Shown here one piece after another: positions 1 to 7,951 of a stretch of DNA of 64,000 nt. The position numbers and the translations under genes are program-made. This DNA comes from Escherichia phage SME50. The notes below the pieces were generated by a model. That model was not told where the DNA came from and did not search any database. It saw only the letters and a program-made list of their open reading frames with translations. Position 1 is the first letter of the stretch; each line of letters starts with the position of its first letter. The stretch lies in the sequence record MT887289.1, one strand, 5' to 3'.

Positions 1-174
1 ATGTTTGGCATTCCCAGAGATTTTGTAGCTCCTAAAGAACCACCTTTGAAGTATATGATTAAGAAGATGGAAATTGATAAAGAGCAGAATGCTAATCAGG
101 AGCAACAGAACGGTGCGTATTTATTGAATACTGTTGTAGATGATTTGAATAGTGGATTTTTAGAGGTTCCTTAA
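1..174 (+). CDS. hypothetical protein, possibly the 3' end of a gene starting upstream of the window
   Basis: Open frame from position 1 to TAA at 172-174; overlaps the next start in a TAATG arrangement. Confidence 0.3.
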   Translation: MFGIPRDFVAPKEPPLKYMIKKMEIDKEQNANQEQQNGAYLLNTVVDDLNSGFLEVP

Positions 175-416
175 TGACTTATGTAATTTACTCCAAAACT
201 GGATGCCCTCAGTGTGAGACTGCAAAGAATTTTGCAAAAGCTCGTGGTATTGACCATGTTGTGAGAATGTTGGGGCAGGATTATGAACTGTCAGACCTGA
301 TTGATATTGCACAGATGCCAGTTCGTCAGATGCCATTCATCATGAAAACTGACGGTCAAAACCTAAAACCTGTTGGAACGCTACAGAATTTTATGGCAGA
401 GGTGAATAATGCTTAA
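174..416 (+). CDS. glutaredoxin/NrdH-like thioredoxin-fold redoxin
   Basis: 80-aa ORF with CPQC active-site motif near the N-terminus; immediately upstream of nrdD. Confidence 0.7.
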   Translation: MTYVIYSKTGCPQCETAKNFAKARGIDHVVRMLGQDYELSDLIDIAQMPVRQMPFIMKTDGQNLKPVGTLQNFMAEVNNA

Positions 417-615
417 ACGCCTTTGGGAAGGTTTGGTTGTTGATGCACCAGCTATTGTGATTGGTATGCTTGTTGTTAACCTATTTACTGATTTTGAACA
501 AGGTTCGTTGTTCGGAGCCATGTTACTATGGGTTATCTTTGAAATATTAGAAATACAGTTAGGCATCACTGAAAAACTAAGAGAACTTGTTTCGAAGTTT
601 TCTAAAAAGATTTAA
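409..615 (+). CDS. small hydrophobic (membrane) protein
   Basis: 68-aa ORF, largely hydrophobic, overlaps previous stop. Confidence 0.4.
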   Translation: MLKRLWEGLVVDAPAIVIGMLVVNLFTDFEQGSLFGAMLLWVIFEILEIQLGITEKLRELVSKFSKKI

Positions 616-663
616 AATGAAAGGGTCTCTTCGGAGACCTTTTTAGCATGTAAAGGGGCAATA

Positions 664-1863
664 ATGAACAAAGTACAGATTATTAAAAAGAACGGCTCAC
701 TTGAAGAACCTGATATCAAAAAAGTTTTAGCAGCAGTAACTAAGTCAGCTAACAGAGTTGGGTATAAAGAACTCCCACCAGATGTTACCCAAGCTCTTGA
801 GTCAGCATTTATGAGGATTCTGGTAAAGTCCACTAAGCAGAATAATTTGCTCATCTCGGTAAACGATATTCACAGTATTGTTGAAGGTGCTTTGGCAGAA
901 GTCAATCACGAGATTTATGAGTCTTACTCAACATACAGAAATTACCGTAAAGAGGTTGCTCAAAATTGGGATGAGCTTTACCAAAAGACTAAAGACACAC
1001 TCTTCTTAGGTGACCGTGAAAACGCTAACTTTGACAGTAGTTTAATTTCTACAAAAGGCTCAATTATTCGTGGTTACCTGACTAAAGAAATCTTTAAACA
1101 GTACCATTTAACACCAGAGGAACTTGAAGCCATTGAAAAAGGGTTTATCTACATCCATGACTTAAGAGACCTAATTTTTGGTGGGATTAACTGTTGCCTG
1201 TTCGACATTGGTAAAGTACTGAAAGGTGGCTTTGAAATGTCTGGCATCGAATACTGTGAACCAAAGTCTGTACTGTCAGCCTTACAAGTTATCGGTGATG
1301 TAGTTCTTTCAGCAACTGCACAGCAATTTGGTGGATTTACTTTAGCAGAGATTGATAAGGTGCTTGTACCGTATGCTAAGAAGTCTCTACGCTATCATGC
1401 TGAGAAAGCAGCATCTTACGGTATTCCTAAAGAACATTACCATAATTATGTCATGGAGCAGCTACAGATTGAATTAACTCAAGGTTTCCAGTCACTAGAG
1501 ATGAAGCTAAATACTGTACCTTGCAGCCGTGGTGATTTCGCATTCACAACTTTAACATTTGGTTTACTTGACTCAGACATGTCTAATGAAGACAACCGAC
1601 TACAATACATGATTGCAAACACCATTCTTGATGTTCGCATGAATGGACAAGGTAAGAGCAAGAAGCCTGTTGTATTCCCTAAACTGGTTTATATTCATGA
1701 CCAGAAGAGACACGATGAGAATATCTGTCAAGGTCAACTGTACAGTAAAGCTATTGAGTGTTGCTCTAAAGCAATGTATCCAGATTTCTTAAGCGTATCT
1801 GGTCATGGTGCTGTAGCAGAGGCTTTTGAGCGTTCTGGCAAGGTCATTTCACCGATGGGTTAA
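664..1863 (+). CDS. nrdD: anaerobic ribonucleoside-triphosphate reductase, N-terminal portion (exon 1 or upstream fragment)
   Basis: 399-aa ORF with ATP-cone-like N-terminus (VQIIKKNGSLEEPDIKKV); the glycyl-radical C-terminal part is a separate downstream ORF. Confidence 0.8.
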   Translation: MNKVQIIKKNGSLEEPDIKKVLAAVTKSANRVGYKELPPDVTQALESAFMRILVKSTKQNNLLISVNDIHSIVEGALAEVNHEIYESYSTYRNYRKEVAQNWDELYQKTKDTLFLGDRENANFDSSLISTKGSIIRGYLTKEIFKQYHLTPEELEAIEKGFIYIHDLRDLIFGGINCCLFDIGKVLKGGFEMSGIEYCEPKSVLSALQVIGDVVLSATAQQFGGFTLAEIDKVLVPYAKKSLRYHAEKAASYGIPKEHYHNYVMEQLQIELTQGFQSLEMKLNTVPCSRGDFAFTTLTFGLLDSDMSNEDNRLQYMIANTILDVRMNGQGKSKKPVVFPKLVYIHDQKRHDENICQGQLYSKAIECCSKAMYPDFLSVSGHGAVAEAFERSGKVISPMG

Positions 1864-2640
1864 CAAGCTCTATAGCTCATCTAAAACGTGCCTAAACAGG
1901 GAAACTCTACAGGTGTAGACAATCCTGTGCTAAATGATGTACGATGTAAGAAACTATATAAAATAGGAGTATTACATGCCAAATTATCATGTTACTGAGG
2001 ACGGAAGAGTCTTTAGGAAAAATGGTGTAGAACTTACGCAGTGGAAATCCAACACTGGTTATATGAAAGTAAGGTTTTATGGAAGGAAGAATCGTGACAT
2101 GTATGTCCATAGGTTAGTTGCTGAAAAGTATGTACCTAACCCTAACAATCTTCCAATTGTAAAACACAAAGATGATAACAAACTGAACAACCATGCTTCT
2201 AACTTAGAATGGGGAACTCATTCTGAGAATGTTAAAGAAGGCTATGAGAATGGTTGCTACAAGTTTTGTAAGCGTTCATATGCTGTGAAGGCTACACATA
2301 AAGTGACAAAAGAAGTTATTGTTGCTAAGTCAATACGAGAGTTATCTAATGTACTTGGGTATAATCGCAAGACTATCTCTTCAATATTGAAGGGTGTAAA
2401 AGAGTATAATAACTTTGAACATGATTTTGAGTACATTTAAATGCCGAACGACTAACCGTGATGAATGTAGCGGTGTAGGGTCAAGCGACTCGAAATGGTA
2501 CGCTACTTAGAAATAAGTAGAAGATATAGTCTGGACTTACTGGTGACAGTAAGCAGCTTGAATAAAGCGGGGTAAGCGTAGCGAACTTACCTGAACAACA
2601 AGTGTAGAGCGTTTTTATCACCATATCTTAATGAGGATGG
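1864..2640 (+). mobile_element. intervening sequence in nrdD carrying an HNH endonuclease ORF (putative group I intron or free-standing homing-endonuclease insertion); 3' boundary approximate
   Basis: About 0.8 kb separates two NrdD halves in the same orientation; contains HNH ORF 1976-2440; NrdD-like frame is open from 2582. Confidence 0.45.
1976..2440 (+). CDS. HNH homing endonuclease (AP2-like C-terminal region)
   Basis: 154-aa ORF with His/Asn-rich HNH-type motif (HKDDNKLNNHASNLEWGTHSEN); located inside nrdD. Confidence 0.75.
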   Translation: MPNYHVTEDGRVFRKNGVELTQWKSNTGYMKVRFYGRKNRDMYVHRLVAEKYVPNPNNLPIVKHKDDNKLNNHASNLEWGTHSENVKEGYENGCYKFCKRSYAVKATHKVTKEVIVAKSIRELSNVLGYNRKTISSILKGVKEYNNFEHDFEYI

Positions 2641-2683
2641 GGAAGAGTTCTATGTTGGTCGTGCTAACATTGGTGCTGTATCT

Positions 2684-3550
2684 TTGAACTTGCCTATGAT
2701 TTACCAGTATTCTAAAGAGAATGGTTTAGATTTCTGGAAAGAGCTTGATAAGTACCTAGAGATGATTCGCAGCTTCCACAAGAAACGCTACGAAATGATT
2801 GCTAATATGCCAGCAAGTTCTAACCCTCTTGCATTCACACAAGGTGGTCTGTACAAAGGGACTAAGAAACCTACTGATAAGGTTGGTTGGGATATTGTGA
2901 AGTCTTTCACAGCTTCTTTTGGGGTTACTGCTCTTGATGAGTTGTCGGTTCTTGCTGAGGGTAAACGACTCCATGAAGTTGGAAGCTATAGTTTTGCATA
3001 CGATGTTCTGGCATACATTAACATGAAAACTGAGGAGTTTAAAAATGAAGATGGCTTCTTATATGCCGTCTATGGTACTCCAGCAGAATCACTTTGCGGG
3101 ACTCAGCTAAAACAGTTCAGAGATATGTTTGGCGTTATCAAAGGTGTTTCTGATAAGGAATACTTTACAAACAGTTTCCATATGAATGTTGCAGCGGATA
3201 TCTCACCATTTGAGAAGCAGGACTTAGAAGAACCATTCTTCCATATCTGTAGAGGCGGCAGAATCCAGTATGTGAGGGTAGCTAACCCAGAAAACTTACC
3301 AGCACTTAAAAGTTGTATTACAAGAGGCATGTTGAAGGGTTTTTATCAGGGACTTAACTTTGACTTAGCAATCTGTGAACATTGTGGTAACAGACCAAAG
3401 GCTGATGTTGAAGAATGTGAGGTTTGCCATTCACATGACATCTCTGTGATTAACAGGGTGTGTGGTTATCTTGGATGGACTAAGATTAAAGGTGAATCAC
3501 GAATGAACGATGCAAAAATTGCTGAGATTCGTGACAGGGTTTCTATGTAA
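2684..3550 (+). CDS. nrdD: anaerobic ribonucleotide reductase, C-terminal glycyl-radical portion (true exon start probably upstream, about 2600-2640)
   Basis: Zn-ribbon CEHCGNRP...CEVCHSHD and glycyl radical motif RVCGYLGW near the C-terminus; track ORF begins at a TTG. Confidence 0.8.
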   Translation: MNLPMIYQYSKENGLDFWKELDKYLEMIRSFHKKRYEMIANMPASSNPLAFTQGGLYKGTKKPTDKVGWDIVKSFTASFGVTALDELSVLAEGKRLHEVGSYSFAYDVLAYINMKTEEFKNEDGFLYAVYGTPAESLCGTQLKQFRDMFGVIKGVSDKEYFTNSFHMNVAADISPFEKQDLEEPFFHICRGGRIQYVRVANPENLPALKSCITRGMLKGFYQGLNFDLAICEHCGNRPKADVEECEVCHSHDISVINRVCGYLGWTKIKGESRMNDAKIAEIRDRVSM

Positions 3551-3558
3551 AACTTGAC

Positions 3559-3598
3559 AAGGTGGTGTGAGTCTTGATAGGCTTACATCACCTTTTTT
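3559..3598 (+). terminator. rho-independent terminator after nrdD
   Basis: Hairpin AAGGTGGTGTGA...ACATCACCTT followed by TTTTTT. Confidence 0.5.
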
Positions 3599-3704
3599 AT
3601 TGGATGTTAGATATGGCAGAGAGCATCATGGGCCTGTTCATAGGTTCTGTCTTACTGGGGTTCTTTTTAGGACTCTCTTATTGTGAGTTGAGAGATAAGT
3701 TAAA

Positions 3705-3905
3705 ATGTTTAAAATATCAAAAACGTTGATATACATACTTCACATTCTAATCTTCTTTTTTGGAGTTAGTGTTATGGTATGGGGTTTTTCAGACCCACAA
3801 TGGAGTTTCGCATATCATGGTCAGATGGATTTATGGTCATGCTTCAAACCATTTTTAGGGTTAGCTATAGCATTCAGTGCATTACCAACTAGGGTGAAAT
3901 TATGA
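3705..3905 (+). CDS. small membrane protein
   Basis: 66-aa ORF with hydrophobic segment ILHILIFFFGVSVMVWGF. Confidence 0.4.
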   Translation: MFKISKTLIYILHILIFFFGVSVMVWGFSDPQWSFAYHGQMDLWSCFKPFLGLAIAFSALPTRVKL

Positions 3906-4297
3906 TTAAGTTGAACCAAAAACAGTTAGAGTGGGTTAAAGACTACGCCTCAGAGTGTGGCTCTTGCGAAAAGAATCACGTAAGATACTCAACATTCCAT
4001 ACAGTCTTCACATTGTACATCAGCGACAATGTTCTAAGTGATTCCGTGGAAGACGGTGTAGCGTTACCTAATGAGTTACTTGATAAACTAGCTGTAGTCA
4101 CTGGAACTTGGTCTGAAGAAGACGGTCATGAATTATCTGATGATATTGTCTTCTACACTCTTGAAAACATCATGAATCCAGAGTACATTATGCTAATGAC
4201 TTGTGCACAAGACTGTGTGCCATTACAAAACTTCATTAAAGAACACTGTGAAGAATTTATTACTAAACAGGTTCCTTGTCAGGTTGTGTTTGAATAA
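3902..4297 (+). CDS. hypothetical protein
   Basis: 131-aa ORF, overlapping stop/start with the upstream gene. Confidence 0.5.
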   Translation: MIKLNQKQLEWVKDYASECGSCEKNHVRYSTFHTVFTLYISDNVLSDSVEDGVALPNELLDKLAVVTGTWSEEDGHELSDDIVFYTLENIMNPEYIMLMTCAQDCVPLQNFIKEHCEEFITKQVPCQVVFE

Positions 4298-4332
4298 GTA
4301 AAACAATTAAATAATATTGGTGAGGTAACTAG

Positions 4333-4818
4333 ATGAATTACATGGAGATTCGACCATTCGACACAGCTAATGGTGAAGGGGTTCGTGTAAGCCTCTTCGT
4401 AGCTGGCTGCAAACATCACTGTGAAGGCTGCTTTAACAGGGAGTCTTGGAAGTTTAATGCTGGTAAAGAGTTTACTTATGCAAACCTCTACGGCATCATT
4501 AAATTAATGGATGATGAGGCCATCAGTGGGTTGTCAATACTTGGTGGAGAACCTCTTGATGACAGAAACATTCAAGAAGTCACCAACATATGTAAACGTA
4601 TTAAAACTGTTTACCCAGAAAAGTCTATCTGGCTCTGGACAGGTTTTCAGTTACACGAAAAAATTCATCTAGATGTGATGAAATATGTTGACGTGGTGAT
4701 TGATGGTAAGTATGATTCTTCTAAACCAACAGTTAAACCATATCGTGGTTCTGATAACCAAAACCTCTGGAGAAAAGAGTATGGATGGCAAGGCGATTGT
4801 CAATGGCGAGCAGAGTAA
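4333..4818 (+). CDS. nrdG: anaerobic ribonucleotide reductase activating protein (radical SAM)
   Basis: CKHHCEGC (CxxxCxxC) radical-SAM cluster motif near N-terminus; about 160 aa; adjacent to nrdD. Confidence 0.85.
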   Translation: MNYMEIRPFDTANGEGVRVSLFVAGCKHHCEGCFNRESWKFNAGKEFTYANLYGIIKLMDDEAISGLSILGGEPLDDRNIQEVTNICKRIKTVYPEKSIWLWTGFQLHEKIHLDVMKYVDVVIDGKYDSSKPTVKPYRGSDNQNLWRKEYGWQGDCQWRAE

Positions 4819-4854
4819 ATCTCGTCGTAAAATTGGCTACGGAAAAGGTGAGAT

Positions 4855-5158
4855 AATGATTATCTCTTTTAATAGTGCTTTATTAGGCACTTATAAGGTT
4901 AAGACTGAACTCCTTGATGAGTGGAAAAAGTATACAAACTCACTTTTTGGTAATGTTGGAATGGAAGCCTTAGCAGAGATTGAGAAGGCTGGAACATTCG
5001 AAGTTGTTGGTAAAGGCCACTTTACAATGTTCTACAAAACAAATTTAAACGTTGGTGACAGTGTTGTTGGTGTCACTGAAGAAGAACTTAAAACATTTTG
5101 TGAAAAGATTGAGAGAGATATCAAATGGGAATCTGGAACAGTTTTAAATCAAAAGTAA
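4855..5158 (+). CDS. hypothetical protein
   Basis: Track ORF 4700-5158 overlaps nrdG; internal ATG at 4855 preceded by AAGGTGAG is the more plausible start. Confidence 0.45.
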
Positions 5159-5382
5159 AAGCAGCATTGGCATCACTAGGTATGCTCACTGGTGTTGACG
5201 TTACTCATCTCATGCAGAATTTCAAGATGGATGAGAGGCTGGCTAATGAGATTATGAAAAGCATCTATGTAGGTCGTGGAAAAGGTGGTAAAAAACAAGC
5301 ACATCGACCAACTGGTGCAGCAGCAATTAAACGTGCAGCTAAAAAAGCTCGTAACCGTAAACGTAACAAGAAGGCTAAATAA
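5125..5382 (+). CDS. hypothetical protein with highly basic C-terminus
   Basis: 85-aa ORF; C-terminal KRAAKKARNRKRNKKAK tract. Confidence 0.45.
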   Translation: MGIWNSFKSKVKAALASLGMLTGVDVTHLMQNFKMDERLANEIMKSIYVGRGKGGKKQAHRPTGAAAIKRAAKKARNRKRNKKAK

Positions 5383-5384
5383 TC

Positions 5385-5705
5385 ATGAGCAAAGTTTATA
5401 ACACTCGTAAATTACAGATTTTCGTACTGTGCCAGTTTATGGCTAAAGAGTATAACTGCTACTATTGTGGTACAGGGTTCATCAGTGACAATGACGGTTC
5501 ATATCTACCATTCAAAGAGGCTGTAAAACTCTTCAATGAAGAGAAAAGCTCTAAGAAAGATATTGAAAAGGTTAAGCTAACCTACAGCAAGAAAGATAAG
5601 AAGATTATCTGCCTAGATAACTTTGTGAAAGTTACTGGAGAAGCAAAAGAGTTTATGGATGAGAGTGAAATCTCATTCACAAGCATCTTGAAAGTAGCTC
5701 AGTAA
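5385..5705 (+). CDS. hypothetical protein
   Basis: 106-aa ORF starting 3 nt after the previous stop. Confidence 0.5.
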   Translation: MSKVYNTRKLQIFVLCQFMAKEYNCYYCGTGFISDNDGSYLPFKEAVKLFNEEKSSKKDIEKVKLTYSKKDKKIICLDNFVKVTGEAKEFMDESEISFTSILKVAQ

Positions 5706-5717
5706 ACAGATACTATA

Positions 5718-5746
5718 AGGGGACTGTAAAGGTTCCCTTTTTTATT
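5718..5746 (+). terminator. rho-independent terminator
   Basis: Hairpin AGGGGACTGTAAAGGTTCCCT followed by TTTTTTATTTT. Confidence 0.45.
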
Positions 5747-5757
5747 TTGGAGATAAT

Positions 5758-6273
5758 ATGTATCTGTCAAATCTGAAACGTTCTGCTGCAATGTCAGTTC
5801 TAAGACTCAGCTTCGAGGAACGTCAAGAGTTCATTGACTCCCACCAATACGACCCTTCTAACTCAAATCACATGATTCTCTGGAATCGTGATAGTACCCG
5901 TGAAAGAGCACTATTCCGATATTACCCACACTACACTGTAGATAACTTGTATGAATGTTTTGTTGTGAAGAACACCATTGCAGTTCTCAATAAACTTTGC
6001 AGATACACAGGTAGTCAATCCTTCACATTAGGTCACCACAAGCCTGTTACAAAAGGTGGTGAACATCACTGCGCAAACTGGTTTATCCAAACTAAAGCTG
6101 ATAACCAGAAGCAAGGAGATAGCCTTCTAAGCACTCCTAAGATGACCTATGAAGAGCAAGAGAAATATATCAAAAATAATATGCCAGATGTGCTTGACAA
6201 CAACTATACAGATTTGGCAATATCTCTCCTGTTGAAGTTCGAGACAGTTTATAGGGCAACTTACAATGGCTAA
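5758..6273 (+). CDS. hypothetical protein
   Basis: 171-aa ORF. Confidence 0.5.
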   Translation: MYLSNLKRSAAMSVLRLSFEERQEFIDSHQYDPSNSNHMILWNRDSTRERALFRYYPHYTVDNLYECFVVKNTIAVLNKLCRYTGSQSFTLGHHKPVTKGGEHHCANWFIQTKADNQKQGDSLLSTPKMTYEEQEKYIKNNMPDVLDNNYTDLAISLLLKFETVYRATYNG

Positions 6274-6544
6274 AGAGAAGTGGGAGATTTTACCACTAGT
6301 CAGTGAGGGTGGTAATGGTTGTGAAATGTATATGATACGAGGTCATGTTCCAGAACCAATTGCACTTGAGATGGTAAACAATTTTACAGATGGCTCTTAC
6401 AAAGATTTAGGAGAACCAACTGTCAAGCAACAATGGGTTAAACCTGTACCAGACAGCACAGGTAACTGTAGTGTACTTTATCACGTTGTAGACCCTGCAA
6501 AATGCAAATCTGCAATGGCAGTAACAAACGTAACTTTTAATTGA
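6266..6544 (+). CDS. hypothetical protein
   Basis: 92-aa ORF overlapping neighbours by a few nt. Confidence 0.5.
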   Translation: MAKEKWEILPLVSEGGNGCEMYMIRGHVPEPIALEMVNNFTDGSYKDLGEPTVKQQWVKPVPDSTGNCSVLYHVVDPAKCKSAMAVTNVTFN

Positions 6545-6555
6545 GAGAGAAAACT

Positions 6556-7437
6556 ATGAAAACATCTATCCGTGTTACAGTTCATTCACCAACTAAAGGG
6601 ACTCATGAAGAAGAGTTTAACATCATCCAATTCCCTTCTGGTGAGATTGGTGGACACTTTTCACCAGAGTTTGTTGACTTCACTGCTTATGCAGCATCAT
6701 CTATCAACAATGTGATTATGATTGTAAAAGGTTATGATAAAGATACATTGTTTGCTGTGGCACTTGCTAAAGAGGCGGTGGACAACTTAGTACCTCATAA
6801 GTTTGCTATGAAGACTGTCATCTTTTACTATTTGCCAAATGCACGTTACGACCGTCACATGTTTAAAGGTGATGCAGCAGCTTTGAAAGTGTTTGCACAA
6901 CAGGTTAATGCAATGGGTTTCGATGCAGTCTGTGCAGTTGACTCTCACAGTTATGTACCAGATAACCTGTTTAACTGCTTCCAGAGTATCCCCCAAAAGG
7001 AGATTGCAGTCCACTATGCGAATGACCCACTGGTTGATTACTTAGTAGCCCCAGATGCAGGTGCTGCTAAGAAGATTGCAGAGACCGCTAAAGAGGTGGA
7101 TAAACCATACATCACAATGTCTAAAGTGCGTAACCTTAAGACTGGTGAGATTACCGGTATGCGAATCCTCGATGATGTTGATTTGACAGATAAAACTGTC
7201 ATGATTCTGGACGACATCTGTGATGGAGGTCGTACCTTCATAGAGGCAGCTAAACATCTCCGTGAAGCAGGTGCAAAACGTGTGGAACTCTATGTAACAC
7301 ATGGTATCTTCTCTAAAGATGTTGAAAACCTTCTTGACAACGGTATTGACCACATCTACACTACAAACTCTTTAGGGGAAGCTAAAGACCGTGGATTAAC
7401 ACATTATAGTCAAGTTACTGTAGCAAATTTGGATTAG
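6556..7437 (+). CDS. ribose-phosphate pyrophosphokinase (Prs)-family enzyme; candidate ADPR-pyrophosphate synthetase (Adps) of a NARP1-type NAD+ reconstitution pathway
   Basis: PRPP-binding-loop-like motif VMILDDICDGGRTF followed by AKRV...THGIFS, as in Prs enzymes; ATG at 6556 (track ORF begins at TTG 6541); sits next to a NAMPT-like gene. Confidence 0.7.
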   Translation: MKTSIRVTVHSPTKGTHEEEFNIIQFPSGEIGGHFSPEFVDFTAYAASSINNVIMIVKGYDKDTLFAVALAKEAVDNLVPHKFAMKTVIFYYLPNARYDRHMFKGDAAALKVFAQQVNAMGFDAVCAVDSHSYVPDNLFNCFQSIPQKEIAVHYANDPLVDYLVAPDAGAAKKIAETAKEVDKPYITMSKVRNLKTGEITGMRILDDVDLTDKTVMILDDICDGGRTFIEAAKHLREAGAKRVELYVTHGIFSKDVENLLDNGIDHIYTTNSLGEAKDRGLTHYSQVTVANLD

Positions 7438-7445
7438 GTATTAAA

Positions 7446-7937
7446 ATGGATAAGGGTTACTTCGAAAAATACCTAAGATACGAACCAGAGACAGGTTTAC
7501 TAATTTGGAAAGTAACCCTTTGCAATACCGCTATTGCTGGCAATGTTGCTGGCACAAGGTCTAAGAAGGGTTATATCCAAGTTCAGATAAATAAGAAGAG
7601 GTACTATGCACATAATATTGCATGGATTATGTCTGGAGGTGAGATACCAAGTGGATATGAGATAGACCACATAGACCTTGATAAAACTAATAATAAGTTG
7701 GAGAACTTAAGACTTAGCACAAAGTCACAAAATCAGAGGAATAGAGGCATACACAAGAATAATAAAACTGGTGTGAAGGGTGTAAGTTTTTGTAAACAAA
7801 CAGGTCTTTACAAAGCAAGAGTCATGCTTTACCATAAAGAATACTTTTGTGGAAGATTTAAAACGGTAGAAGAAGCAAAAGAAGCTGTAATTAAAAAGCG
7901 AATAGAACTTCATGGTGAGTTTGCAAGACATAACTAA
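7446..7937 (+). CDS. HNH homing endonuclease
   Basis: 163-aa ORF with HNH-type motif (YYAHNIAW...EIDHIDLDKTNNKLENL) and AP2-like C-terminus; inserted between the two NAD+ genes. Confidence 0.7.
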   Translation: MDKGYFEKYLRYEPETGLLIWKVTLCNTAIAGNVAGTRSKKGYIQVQINKKRYYAHNIAWIMSGGEIPSGYEIDHIDLDKTNNKLENLRLSTKSQNQRNRGIHKNNKTGVKGVSFCKQTGLYKARVMLYHKEYFCGRFKTVEEAKEAVIKKRIELHGEFARHN

Positions 7938-7951
7938 GAGAGAGATAAAAT

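Noticed and set aside
4700-4854. 5' extension of track ORF 4700-5158
   Set aside because: Overlaps the 3' end of nrdG in another frame; a downstream ATG at 4855 with an RBS is the more plausible start
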